Below are positions 63,623 to 64,000 of a stretch of DNA of 64,000 bases, piece by piece (position 1 is the stretch's first letter; each line of letters starts with the position of its first letter). Made by a program: the position numbers and the translations under genes. Origin of the DNA: Octopus bimaculoides (Eukaryota); contig NC_068984.1 in assembly GCF_001194135.2 (NCBI RefSeq), forward strand, positions 73,633,390 through 73,697,389, given 5' to 3'. The notes under the pieces are model-generated. The model searched no databases. It saw only the letters and a list, made by a program, of their open reading frames with translations, and was not told where the DNA came from.

Positions 63623-64000
63623 CACGAAGGTCAGTCAGGCGGTACTGGCAACGGCCACGCTCAAAATGGTGCAATTTATGTGCCACCCACACAAGAGCCA
63701 GTCCAGGGGTACTGGCAACGATCTCGCTCGAAAATCCCACGAAGGCCAGCCAGGCGGCCCTGGCAACGGTCACACTCAAAATGGTGCATTTCATGTGTCA
63801 CCCTCACAAGAGCCAGTCCAGGGGCACTGGCAACGATCTTGATCGAAAATCCCACGAAAGCCAGCCAGACGTCACTGGCAACGGCCACGCCCAAATTGGT
63901 GCATTTCATGTGTCGCCTGCACATGAGCCAGTCCAGGGGCATTGGCAACGATCTCGCACGAAAAATTTCATGTGTCACCCACACATGAGCCAGTCCGGGG
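63623..64000. repeat. 115-bp higher-order tandem repeat (two ~55-60 bp subunits) within a family D copy
   Basis: cacgaa(g/a)g recurs at 63623, 63738 and 63853; runs off the window end. Confidence 0.85.

Overview
Animal nuclear DNA, AT-rich and microsatellite-dense, with 11 N-gaps. The SINE/MITE families look like those of Octopus; this is an inference. The window is the middle of one large + strand gene. I could chain 15 internal coding exons (1418-61880, 2512 nt, about 837 aa) with canonical AG/GT ends and fully consistent phases and no stops. The peptide matches what I recall of CFAP47 (CXorf22/CHDC2; calponin-homology region in exons 10-13). Neither start nor stop codon is in the window. 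Introns are filled with tRNA-derived SINEs, LINE remnants (HERO-like RLE, R4/Dong-like RLE, L1/Tx1, RTE), a Helitron, a Tc1/mariner relic, MITEs, an LTR-like element and simple repeats. Nearly all ORFs in the supplied track are repeat artefacts. Most notable: (1) two tandem copies of a hammerhead-ribozyme-like motif in a non-circularly permuted strand order in the 3' UTR of the HERO-like LINE (30278-30336, 30733-30790, minus); (2) two near-intact minimal hammerheads in intron 1 (2663-2710 +, 3702-3746 -); (3) a CpG-retaining domain in intron 6 with a candidate nested antisense gene; (4) long palindromes and inverted SINE pairs that would form dsRNA in the pre-mRNA. All RNA folds were done by eye and are untested.
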